In this document: positions 52,200-64,000 of the stretch, piece by piece
Position numbering within the stretch: the stretch's first letter is position 1
How the letters are laid out: each line of letters begins with the position of its first letter
Assembly (NCBI GenBank): GCA_010093995.1
Contig: ML992508.1
Coordinates: forward strand, 530,506-594,505
Source of the DNA: Elsinoe ampelina
Lineage: Eukaryota
Reading direction: 5' to 3'
Length of the DNA: 64,000 nucleotides
Notes under the pieces: generated by a model
The model's database searches: none
Seen by the model: only the letters and a program-made list of their open reading frames with translations
Told to the model about the DNA's origin: nothing
Made by a program: the position numbers and the translations under genes

Positions 52200-52934
52200 N
52201 NNNNNNNNNNNNNNNNNNNNNNNNNNNNNNNNNNNNNNNNNNNNNNNNNNNNNNNNNNNNNNNNNNNNNNNNNNNNNNNNNNNNNNNNNNNNNNNNNNNN
52301 NNNNNNNNNNNNNNNNNNNNNNNNNNNNNNNNNNNNNNNNNNNNNNNNNNNNNNNNNNNNNNNNNNNNNNNNNNNNNNNNNNNNNNNNNNNNNNNNNNNN
52401 NNNNNNNNNNNNNNNNNNNNNNNNNNNNNNNNNNNNNNNNNNNNNNNNNNNNNNNNNNNNNNNNNNNNNNNNNNNNNNNNNNNNNNNNNNNNNNNNNNNN
52501 NNNNNNNNNNNNNNNNNNNNNNNNNNNNNNNNNNNNNNNNNNNNNNNNNNNNNNNNNNNNNNNNNNNNNNNNNNNNNNNNNNNNNNNNNNNNNNNNNNNN
52601 NNNNNNNNNNNNNNNNNNNNNNNNNNNNNNNNNNNNNNNNNNNNNNNNNNNNNNNNNNNNNNNNNNNNNNNNNNNNNNNNNNNNNNNNNNNNNNNNNNNN
52701 NNNNNNNNNNNNNNNNNNNNNNNNNNNNNNNNNNNNNNNNNNNNNNNNNNNNNNNNNNNNNNNNNNNNNNNNNNNNNNNNNNNNNNNNNNNNNNNNNNNN
52801 NNNNNNNNNNNNNNNNNNNNNNNNNNNNNNNNNNNNNNNNNNNNNNNNNNNNNNNNNNNNNNNNNNNNNNNNNNNNNNNNNNNNNNNNNNNNNNNNNNNN
52901 NNNNNNNNNNNNNNNNNNNNNNNNNNNNNNNNNN
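52200..52934. other. Assembly gap
   Basis: Run of N. Confidence 1.
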
Positions 52935-53277
52935 TCTTTATCTCTAATAGAGAAGGTAAATTTAAGAACTATAAACTAGTAATAGCTATTTATCTTAAAG
53001 GGTAGAGATAGAACATCTCTATACCTAATACTTAATACTAAAATAGTAAATCTAAGGCTACTAATAAAGTAGTTATTCTTAGAATAAGGTATATCTTTAT
53101 TAATTATAGAGTACCCCTTAAACTCTAGTATATAGTTATAAAGTTTGTAATTTATATTAGTAATAGAATTGCCTATACTAAGACTAAGAAGATCCCTATA
53201 TAAGAGCTAAGAAAGAATCTCCTTAATAATAATAGGCTAGTCTTATTAACTTATATTAGACGCTTTAGCTATAGAGC

Positions 53278-53464
53278 TATAAGGGCCTAGTATTAGAGCG
53301 GCACTTAGTAGCGGCTAGTCCCGCTTACGTAACGTACCTACTTATCTTACGCGGTACTTACGCCTTAGACTTAATAGTAATTAGTTCTACTACTAACGGA
53401 CTATTTAGTTAGATAGGTGTTCTCTATATTACGATATATATAGCTTTAATATAAGGCTTTAATA
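53278..53464 (+). repeat. Gypsy 5' LTR
   Basis: Direct repeat of 59781-59967; the differences seen are C/T and G/A transitions; TG...CA termini appear as TA...TA. Confidence 0.93.
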
Positions 53465-56400
53465 GTTCTAATTACTCCCCTACAGTTGTAATCTATTAGA
53501 CTCTATAGATAACTAGAACTCTATTAGTAAGGCGCTAGCGCCTTACGTAATTAATGTTATAGAGATAGACTCTATTAAGTAGACTTCCCTAGAGAAAGAA
53601 GAGACTCTTACGGAGTAGCTACTATACTTACGCGCCGAGCGCGAGCGTTTAGAGCTAGAGCTTAAGGCTTAGAGCCTCGAGGAAGAGATTAAGTAAATAT
53701 ACTATATACGCGATATAGAATACTACTAAGGAGGCTTCGACCGTAGCTCGCGTACTTCTACTAAGCCTATAGTAAGCAATACTAGTACGTAGAGTATACG
53801 TAGTAGTAGTAGACTATTTATAAGACTATTCTCTAGATAACCTCGACTAAGAGAACTCTATCTCTACTAAGGTAAGACTCTAAAAGAGGTAAGATCCTTC
53901 CTAAAGAATCTCGAGGTTATCTTTGCTCTAGCCTCTAAGGCTTATTCTACCGACTAGTAGAAGGTACTCTATAGAGTTATATTCCTCGTAGGCGAGCTAG
54001 ATAAGACATAGTATTACTACTACTATATAGATAGCCTAGAAGGCTATACGTAGAAGCAATTCCGCTAGTTCGTATAGGACGTAGTTAATAACTCTATTAA
54101 TTATAAAGTACACGTAACTCTTGTATATAAAGGAGCCTAATAATATAAGGGCTAATCTATCTAGGCCTTTGCCTCGGAACTTGCTACTCTCGAGGAGTAA
54201 CTAGCTCTCTACTCCGAAGAGTAGAGGGTATACTATCTCCTTACTAAGCTATAGCCTACGCTACGTACTACTATTATTAAACACTATACTATTCTAGCTA
54301 CGCGCTAGGAGTTAGTCTCTTTAGGCTTATATATTAAGTCTATAGACTATACTAGTAGTAAGCGCGCTATATAGAAAGATAAAAGTAACTACCTATATAA
54401 GCGTAGTAGTTATAGTAGCCCCCGAGGAGAATACTACTACTAGTCTAGTAGCAGCTCTTAAGCTTACTATAAGCGCGAAGCTACTAACCTACCTATTAAA
54501 TAGTTTAGTAGTTAGGGGGGTTTCTCTAACAAGTAGAAGAGGGACGCTAAGTACTATAGTTGTAGTAAACCTAGTTATATTAAGCTAGAGTATAGGTCGA
54601 AGTACCTATAGAAGGATAGTAAGTCTTAGGCAGTGCATAAGGTTACTACTATAGACAAGTCTAACAACTCTAAGTTAGGAAACTCTAAGGGCTTAGCTAA
54701 AGAGTATAACTAAGCCCTTTCTCTCTTCTAATTAACGCTTATCTATCGCTACTCTATTATAGCGCTATTATAGCGCCTATAGAGCGCAAAGACTATATAT
54801 TTCTTATAGATAATTATATAGAAGTTAATCTTATATCTTAGGTATTTACCCTTTATTACGATCTACTAAGGGTTAAGTATACTTAGTATCTAAGTATATC
54901 TTCTTTTATAGAGTAAGCTAGATTCTACTATAGCGTATACTATCTTCGCGTATGTCTAGTAGACTTCTATAGCGACCTTAGGGAGACAATCGGCCTCTTC
55001 TACGCTATAGACTTAGGACTAGGCCCTTTAGTTATTTTAGAGCGCTTATAGTAGAGAAGATAATATATAATTATAAATAGCACTATAGATAACTAGTTAT
55101 ATAGCTACTTCTCGTATATAGTTTACCTACGCGAACTAGAAGACTTTATAAAGGACCTCCGGAACGAGCTAAGGGTATATACTATAGTATAGACTCTATC
55201 TAAGGACTGTACTTACGCCGTAGGCGACTTAGCTCTACTATTAAAGTTCACGGAGTTCTTCGACATCTTTATCTATAAGGATATTACGAATCTACTACGC
55301 CTACTAGGCGCCGAGTATACGATTAAGCTAGAGCTAGGTAGAAGGCCTCTGTTCTAGCCCTTATATAATCTTTTAGTTAAGGAGCTTAAAGTACTTAAGA
55401 ACTATCTCGAGACTACTTAATTAAATAGGTAGATTAGGCGCTCTATAAGCGAGGTAAGTACTTCTATCCTATTCGTACCTAAGAAAGATAGTAGTCTACG
55501 CTTATATATAGATTATCGAGGCTTAAACAAGGTAACTATTAAGAATTACTACCCGCTTCTACTTATTAGTAAGACGCTTAATCGGCTTAGATAAGCCTAG
55601 TAGTTTTCGAAGTTAGATCTAAAGGATGTCTACTATAGGATCCCTATTAAGCATAGTAACGAGTAGAAGACTATATTCTATATATACTATAGCTATTTTA
55701 AGTACTTAGTTATACCTTTTAGATTAACTAACGCTCTAGCTACCTTCTAAGCGTATATTAATAAGGCACTAGGTAGGCTAGTTAATACTATCTATATTGT
55801 CTACCTTAATAATATTCTTATCTATAGCGATTCGAGGGAGAACTACGTATATTACGTTTATAAGATTCTAGCGAGGCTATAGAAGTTTACTTTATATACT
55901 AACCTTAAGAAATGTAAATTCTTTACTAAGGAGGTAGAATTCCTTAGCTATATTATCTCTACTATAGGCGTCTTAATAGATCCTAGTAGAGTAACTATAA
56001 TTAAGAATTAGCTAAGGCTAAAGAGTTATTATAAGGTCTAGTAGTTTACTAGCTTTATAAACTTCTATTGTCGCTTTATATAGTACTACTCTAAGATTAT
56101 TACTCCTCTCTCCGGCCTCCTTAAAGGCTTAGTTAAAGGTCATAAGTATAGCTCTTTCGTATAGGGCGTAAGTAAATAGTAGGCGTTTAAGGACATTAGA
56201 GATATATTTACGCGTACCTCTATCCTTCGCTACTATAATCCTACGCTACTCCTATGTATCGAAAGTAATATATTAAAGTTTATAGTAGTAGTAATTCTAT
56301 CCTAACTATTCGACAGTACTTAGCACCTAATAGCCTTTTAGTTAAGGAAGTTTATCCTAGCTAAGTATAATTACAAGACGTATAACTAAGAGCTATTAGT

Positions 56401-58570
56401 AATCGTATATATATTTAAGTAATAGCGATACTACCTCGAAGGTACCTTATATATAATTTAAGTACTTACTAACTATAATAATCTCTAAGGATTTATAAAG
56501 CTAAAACAGCTAAATAGCTAATAAGCTTACTAGGCTACCTTCCTTACTACTTTTAACTTTATAATAGAGTATTAGCTAGGTACGAGGAACCTAGCCGATA
56601 CACTCTCGAGGCGCTCTAACTACGTAGCGGAAGAGTAAGAGGTATTATACCTCCTTTCTACCCTTTAGAATAAGCTTTATATATAGGACTAGACTACTAA
56701 TATTAAGGAAGCTACTCCGCTTATTAGACGTATCTACGCTATATATAAGGCTACCCTAGGATAGGCCTAGGCCGCCTATACGCTATATAGTAGTAACTTC
56801 TCTTCTAAGAACTCCTAGGGGCTTATAACGACCTAGCGAGTCGTAGTTATAGTAACTACGAGGGAGAATCTCTTTAAAGATCTATCTACTAACCTAATAT
56901 TAGTAGTAGAGCTACTATAAGGATAAGACTCTAAGATTATAAAGCTACGTTTATAAGTAGGGAGTAGTAGAGACGAGAGTAGAGCGCTATAGAATATATA
57001 AGATAATTTTCTCTTCTATAAAGAGTTACTAGTTATTCCGAATAATAGCGCGCTTAAGGCGTAGGTACTACGTATATACTATAATAGCGAATAGGCTAGT
57101 TACTTTAGTAAGGATAAGACGCTTAAACTCCTCTTATAGAAGTACTTCTAGGTAACTATAAGGAAAGATATTAATAACTATATATAGTTATACTAAGTAT
57201 ACTAGAAATATAAGGCGCACCGCTATTGCCTCTATAGCGAGCTACGTACGCTACCGATGCTAGACCGCCTATAATAAGAAATTATAATAGATTTTATTAC
57301 TAATCTACTACCGAGTAAGTAAGGTAGTAGTGTCTATAATATAGTACTAGTAATTATAGACCGTTACACTAAGATATTACTATATGTCCCTACTACTAAG
57401 AAGCGTACGTCTATAGAGCTAGTAGAGATCCTACGTAACTACGTTATTCGCTATTATAGTGTCCTAAGGGGGATAGTAAGCGATCGAGGATCGGTCTTTA
57501 CTAGCTAGTTCTAGAGTAAATTCTATTACGAAACGCGTATAAAGCGTAGGCTTAGTATAGCCTTTTACCCGTAGATAGATAGTTAAACTAAGCAGTAAAA
57601 CTAGACGTTAGAATAGTACCTAAGGTACTACTATATAGAGCTATAGAACGACTAGGCTAAATGTCTATTATAAGCGGAATTTGTAAGCAATAATAGCGTT
57701 TATACTACGCTACGTATAAGCCCCTTCTAAATAATATATAGCTACTATCTAGAGTTAGAGGTAATAGCTATTAAGTCTTAGGACAAGACTTTAGGGAGAA
57801 GAGTACTAGTAGTAGTAGAGTTAGCGTAACACTTACGAGATATATATACGAAGCTAGTAGAGCAATAGAAAGAGGCTTCTACCTACTAGGCTAAGTACTA
57901 TAATAGGAAGTATACGCTAAGAGTATATAGCGTAGGTAACCTAGTACTACTCTCGGCTAAGAACTTATAGCTACCTATACTAAAGAAGAAGATAGAACTA
58001 TAATTCCTTAGCCTATTCCGTATACTTAATGTAATTAGATCGTAGGCGTATCGCCTAGCTTTACTAAGTTAGTATTGTATCTATAATGTCTTTTATATAT
58101 CTCTTCTCGAACTATAGATAGGTAGAGCTAGTAAGGAGCTAGAAGAGAGTATACCTCTCGCTAACGAAGTAGATAAGTAGACAGTAGAGAAGATCCTAGG
58201 TAGGAGAACTACGAAGAGTAAGGTATTCTACTTAGTAAAGTAGAAGGACTAGCCTATCGAGTTTAATAGCTAGGAACCTAAAGAGAATTATATAAATATA
58301 AGAGAGCTAATTGCTATATATAAGTCGTAGCTAAGAGTAGCTAAGAAAGGTCGCTAAAGGCGCGAATTATAGAGTATATAAGTAGATAGATTATATAAAT
58401 ATATAAATAGAGTAAAGGGTAGACTCCTTATCTAGGGAAATGTATTTTAATAAAGCGCTATACTTACGCTACTATTACGGGTATTAACCTAAACTCCGTA
58501 CTCTATTATACTCTATATAAGGCCTTATTATAGGTATAGCGCTAGGGATGCGCACCTAGCTTGTATACGC

Positions 58571-59366
58571 CTACTCGTCCTTACTATTCTCCTCGTCTAT
58601 CTCTATACTAAGATTCTCCCCTACGGGTACTATAGGGGCTATAAGCTACCTACTAGCTATAATATAGTTAATTTCGGCAGTAGAACTGCTAGAGTTACGT
58701 ACTATCTAAACCTATTAGCCGTGTTTATAACGTATAAGGAGCATAGTCTAACTTACCTCCTTACTAATAGTAATTAAGCTATAAAGGCTATACCTAATCT
58801 TCTATAGCTCCTTAACCTTCTTACGCTCGAGCGCGACACTACTAAGCAAGCTGTCTATAGGCCCTATATAAGGAGTCGAGACCTTGCTAACGACCTTATT
58901 CTTATTAGTGTAGTATACCTTAAGTATAGTCTTAAACTTCTTAACCTTAGGGACGTTCTTATAGGCTATAGCGCATATATGCTTCTCGGCTATAGTAATG
59001 CCGGCCTAGTTAAGGGCCTTAAGCTTAGTAACTATGTTAAAAGCGTTAATATATATATTACGTAGGATAGATAGTAGCGGCTCGTATATATACTTACTAT
59101 AGGCGTAGTATTCGCACTTATAATAGAAGAAGATACTAAAGTTACCTCTAGTATAGACATAACCTACTATAAATTAGTTATGTCTCTTATAAGAGCTCTA
59201 TTAGCTTACTCTCGGTAACATTATTAGTATACCTAGTATAGGTATTAGCCTCCTCTTCGGGAAGTAAGAGAGTTATAGAGTCGGCGCTAGCAGTAATAGC
59301 TCCCTAGGCGCTAGCTAACCTTACGCTATAAGTGTTAGCCGTAGGAGGGCTAGAGTTAGATAATAT
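58571..59366 (-). pseudogene. Antisense two-intron gene inside the Gypsy 3' region, with an inferred six-Cys zinc-binding motif
   Basis: Introns 59167-59209 and 58706-58756 (GTAAG...CTAAT...TAG), phase-consistent; ~230-codon frame with only a few TAG stops. Confidence 0.7.
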
Positions 59367-59780
59367 AATAGTTATAGGTAGTATACTTATATAGTAAGAG
59401 ATTAATAAAATGTAGATATATTTTAGATAGAAAAGGAGAATATAAGGGGGAATAATAAGATTATATAGACTAACCTCTAGTATACTATATCTTTATTATA
59501 GCTACTAGCGTAAGGCGCGTGTCTCCTATAATACCGCTAGGAATTCTAAGAAAAGTAATATTATTACTACTAATTAGCTTTAGTACTATAGCGACTAGAT
59601 AAACGCCCCTATAGAAACTAGATCCCTAGGACTACTACTACTAGACATTATACGAGATATATACGAGGCCTTTGTAAAAATGCCTTAACTACCTTATACC
59701 TACGTTACCTCTAAATAATACTATACGTTATATACTTCTAGTCGAGAGCTAAGGATAGCTCTCCTAGAGGAGGAGGTAAT

Positions 59781-59967
59781 TATAAGGGCCTAGTATTAGA
59801 GCGGCACTTAGTAGTAGCTAGTCCCGCTTACGTAACGTACCTACTTATCTTATATAGCACTTACGCCTTAGACTTAATAGTAATTAGTTCTACTACTAAC
59901 GGACTATTCGGTTAAATAGGCGTTCTCTATATTGCGATATATATAGCTTTAATATAAGGCTTTAATA
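59781..59967 (+). repeat. Gypsy 3' LTR
   Basis: Direct repeat of 53278-53464, preceded by AGAGGAGGAGG and followed by the TSD AGAGC. Confidence 0.93.
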
Positions 59968-60893
59968 AGAGCCTATATCTATAACTAACATATTTCTAAA
60001 TTATACAAATTCTAAGCTAGAGTACTACTTAGTTAGTATATTAGTATATAGAATAACTTAATAACTAATTACCTTATCTAGATACTCTATTAGTATTATA
60101 CTTAGTAAGCCTAGAAGAGAAAGATTATTATATTACCCTATATAACATTTAATAAGAATATAGTCTATAAAGACTAGGTAATATAAGTTATTAAATAGCT
60201 ATATATCCTATAGATATAACAACCTAAGGCTTTATAGCTTTAGGGAGAGTAAACATTTAGTAGTAATTATAATTAAGGCTATAGCTATAATTAACTACCC
60301 TTTAGTTATAAGAATCTATAAACTACTTAGGCTAAATAACCTTAAGCTAAATAACTAATATCTAACTACCCTTTAATCCCTAGATATAAATAATAATTAT
60401 CTATCCCTATTAAAGAATAGAGAGAGTAATACTAACATCCTAAACTAGATCCTTAACCTATTAATAAATAAAAAAAGTAACTTATTATTACTAATTATAA
60501 GAGTAAAGACCTTATAATACTACTACCTAAAGTTATTAGTAAACTATATTTAACCTTTAATCCTATAGTTAATATTAATTAACTACTAATATATATATAG
60601 AATAAGGATATTAACTTCCTTATTATACTATTTAATATATAACCTCTAACTAGTAAAAGGAAGAGATCTCTCTTACTATAAGAAACTATTAGAAGGTCCT
60701 TTAGAATATATTACTAGATTAATTATAAGAAACTTAATAATAGTAAGATTATTAGATCTATAGCTGTTAATTTTAAGCTAGACCTATAAATAGTAAGAGA
60801 TATACTATTCTCTCCTAAAGGTTATTACTAGTAAGCTATAATAGAGGTAGAGTAGAAGGCTCTAACTAACTCTAAAACCTTTTTAATTATTAA

Positions 60894-61858
60894 NNNNNNN
60901 NNNNNNNNNNNNNNNNNNNNNNNNNNNNNNNNNNNNNNNNNNNNNNNNNNNNNNNNNNNNNNNNNNNNNNNNNNNNNNNNNNNNNNNNNNNNNNNNNNNN
61001 NNNNNNNNNNNNNNNNNNNNNNNNNNNNNNNNNNNNNNNNNNNNNNNNNNNNNNNNNNNNNNNNNNNNNNNNNNNNNNNNNNNNNNNNNNNNNNNNNNNN
61101 NNNNNNNNNNNNNNNNNNNNNNNNNNNNNNNNNNNNNNNNNNNNNNNNNNNNNNNNNNNNNNNNNNNNNNNNNNNNNNNNNNNNNNNNNNNNNNNNNNNN
61201 NNNNNNNNNNNNNNNNNNNNNNNNNNNNNNNNNNNNNNNNNNNNNNNNNNNNNNNNNNNNNNNNNNNNNNNNNNNNNNNNNNNNNNNNNNNNNNNNNNNN
61301 NNNNNNNNNNNNNNNNNNNNNNNNNNNNNNNNNNNNNNNNNNNNNNNNNNNNNNNNNNNNNNNNNNNNNNNNNNNNNNNNNNNNNNNNNNNNNNNNNNNN
61401 NNNNNNNNNNNNNNNNNNNNNNNNNNNNNNNNNNNNNNNNNNNNNNNNNNNNNNNNNNNNNNNNNNNNNNNNNNNNNNNNNNNNNNNNNNNNNNNNNNNN
61501 NNNNNNNNNNNNNNNNNNNNNNNNNNNNNNNNNNNNNNNNNNNNNNNNNNNNNNNNNNNNNNNNNNNNNNNNNNNNNNNNNNNNNNNNNNNNNNNNNNNN
61601 NNNNNNNNNNNNNNNNNNNNNNNNNNNNNNNNNNNNNNNNNNNNNNNNNNNNNNNNNNNNNNNNNNNNNNNNNNNNNNNNNNNNNNNNNNNNNNNNNNNN
61701 NNNNNNNNNNNNNNNNNNNNNNNNNNNNNNNNNNNNNNNNNNNNNNNNNNNNNNNNNNNNNNNNNNNNNNNNNNNNNNNNNNNNNNNNNNNNNNNNNNNN
61801 NNNNNNNNNNNNNNNNNNNNNNNNNNNNNNNNNNNNNNNNNNNNNNNNNNNNNNNNNN
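60894..61858. other. Assembly gap
   Basis: Run of N. Confidence 1.
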
Positions 61859-62749
61859 TACTATAAGACATTTAATAGGATTATTAGTAAATTATAATAT
61901 CTAGCTAATAATATAAGGCCTAATATTAGCTATACTACTAATTACCTAGCTAGGTTCCTTTAGAATCTAACTATAGCTTATATACTTATAGCTAAATAGA
62001 TCTAGAGGTATATTAATAGGACTATTATAAAGAGCCTTACCTTTAAGAAGACTAATAGACTATTAGTTAACATAATTAAGGCCTACTCTAACTTAAACTT
62101 TACTAGAGATAAATTAACTATAAGATCTATATCTAGTACTATTATCTATATACTTAGTATACTAGTTATTTAGAAGTTAAGGCTATAGAAGATTATTATA
62201 TTATTAAGTACTAAGGCTAAATACCTTACCCTTACTAAGACCTATAGAGAGATTAATTAGTTAAGAAATCTTATTATTAAACTTAGGCTACTTACTAATA
62301 TTTACCTTAGCCTAACTATAGTCTTTATTAATAATAAATTAGCTATTAAACTTATAAGAGATTATACTAACTTAAGGAGATCTAAGTATATTAATCTAAG
62401 AAATTATTACTATAGAGAGTAGTATAAACTTAAAGTAATTAAGCTTAAGTATATTAATATAACTTAGTAATTAGCTAATATACTTATAAAGCCTAAATCT
62501 CCTAATAAGATCCTTAATTAATTAGTAAAGGCTAATTACTTAGTATATATCTATACTATATACTTATTTAGATTTTATATATATTATTATTCTAAGTATG
62601 TTATTTATACTACTACTACTTATTAAGCTATCTTATTTATCTAAAGCTTAAAGTAAATTACTTTATTATTAAAGAAGAGAGAAAGGAAAAGCTATTATAA
62701 CTCTATTACTAGCTACTTATACCTAAGCTATATCTACTACTTAGTACTA

Positions 62750-63950
62750 TTATTACCTTTAATAACTCTTACCTATCCTCTACTTTAAATTACTTCTTTA
62801 TAGAAGAAGAACTTCTTCCCTTATTACTACTAGTAGACCTTATAGAAGTATTAGATCTAGACCTACTATACCTTATTAGTACTAGGCCTAGTATAAAGGC
62901 ATAAATAGGAGAAAGCTAACTAGGGTAGCTAGTAGCTATAATCCTTATAAGCTCTACTATATAGTTTATTACTATAGTAGCTAAGTTACGAACCTTAGTA
63001 GTAGTTAGGTTAGTAGGATCTATAAAGTTTATAGGGACTACTATAAAGTAGTAAGAGTTAGTATAAGTTATTAAGGTATTAACTACGCCTAATAATACCT
63101 CTAGTATATAGGCCCTTAGTAAGAACCTCTAAGGTAAAGTACTACTAAAAGAGATAGACCTTAAGAGCTCTATTAGTAGGTATATTAGGCTATATAGAAT
63201 AGGCTAGGTAATAACCCTTAAGCTACTTAGGGTCCTTATAAGTTTAGGAGAGCTAATAGGCCTTAGAGTTAGAGTATAGTTAGCTAAGAAACATCTAGTA
63301 TATTAGTTACTATAAGTATAGTAAGTGTAGGCCTTATTAAGCTAACTAGGTAAAGTAATATACTTACTAAACTTACTACCCTTACCCTTACTCTAATTAC
63401 TACTAGAGTTAGATCCCTAATACTTAGTATAGTAATTAGTACTATAGTAGACTACTCTACTAGTAGTACTAGAAGCTATTAAAGTAGTAGAGTAGTTAGT
63501 AGATCTAGTAAGGTTAACTTGCTTAGTTAGATCCTTAACTAGAATAGGGTTAGTAACTACTAAGTATATACTATAGGTACTAAAGGCCTAGACTACTATA
63601 GACCTCTAGATAGGATATAAGTTAGTATAGTTGTAATAACTAATTATCCTAAGCCTAAGAAGAGCATTTTAGATTATATTAGCTAACTATTAAGTTAAAG
63701 TCTAAGTTAATTAGGCTATTAATGTTAGCTTATACTATTAATACTTTATAGCTACTTACTAAGAGTATTAAGATAAGTAATTAGTCTTATAGTAGTATTA
63801 TAATTAATATTAGAAGTACTAGGTAACCTTAATAGAGAATTTCTCTTCTTACTACTACCTCTACTACCTAGTAAACTACTTAGAGTACTAGCACTAGTAG
63901 TAATACTACTAATACCTAGCTATTACTATACTATAGCGCTTATATTATAA
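62750..63950 (-). pseudogene. Antisense Gln/Pro/Ser-rich intron-containing gene remnant downstream of Copia pol
   Basis: Intron 63716-63759 (GTAAGT...GCTAAC...TAG); long frame dominated by CTA/TAA/TAG codons, as expected from CCA/CAA/CAG after RIP. Boundaries approximate. Confidence 0.5.
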
Positions 63951-64000
63951 GTATTATTAATATAGCATAGTAAGAAGGTAAAAGTATTATATAAAAGAAA

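Larger units (their letters stand above)
53278..59967 (+). mobile_element. Full-length RIP-degraded Ty3/Gypsy chromovirus
   Basis: 187-bp LTRs; 5-bp TSD AGAGC (53273-53277, 59968-59972); polypurine tract before the 3' LTR; after reversing RIP: CCHC knuckle ~54550, protease ~54805, RT (LFVPKKDG...DYRGLN, YLDD ~55800), integrase (SDRGS.F, FHPQTDGQTE), chromodomain ~58180-58290 (YLVKWK.W....SWEP.EN). Confidence 0.93.
35091..62520 (+). mobile_element. RIP-degraded Ty1/Copia LTR retrotransposon, host of the nested insertions; 3' LTR not seen in the window
   Basis: 5' LTR and primer-binding site; gag interrupted at 35519/51216; integrase remnants near 52940-53280; RFGCRA/YIH split by the Gypsy; RT and RNase H remnants (TEAEY, DNKSAI, KHID, ADxLTKP after reversing RIP) at 60800-62500. 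Continuity across the two gaps is inferred. Confidence 0.8.

Noticed and set aside
59032..59097. Possible third intron in the Gypsy antisense gene
   Set aside because: It is 66 nt, in frame, stop-free and supplies the sixth inferred Cys, so it is more likely coding.
60828..61871. 347-aa ORF in the track
   Set aside because: Artefact of translating an N gap.
35200..64000. AT-rich block as organellar or foreign DNA, or as a centromere
   Set aside because: AT-richness is explained by TpA-biased RIP of identifiable transposons; centromere identity cannot be judged from this window.

Overview
Filamentous ascomycete DNA, probably a Dothideomycete (inferred from short GT-AG introns and strong repeat-induced point mutation, RIP). 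Bases 1-35,090 are gene-dense and GC-balanced: about 16 intact genes, an intronic box C/D snoRNA and a small island of decayed genes. From ~35,100 to the end the window is AT-rich, RIP-degraded nested transposon DNA with two assembly gaps. The nest resolves into a Copia retrotransposon interrupted by (i) a ~7.8-kb hAT DNA transposon that holds a second, inverted copy of itself in its middle, each copy with its own 8-bp target-site duplication (TSD), and (ii) a complete chromodomain Gypsy element. Reading the two hAT copies against each other recovers a four-gene element: a divergent intron-containing histone H3-like gene, a coiled-coil/acidic partner gene, the transposase and a convergent spliced ORF. 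The Gypsy element, and probably the Copia element, also carries an antisense intron-containing gene downstream of pol. All reconstructions of RIP-mutated genes were done by eye and need computational confirmation.
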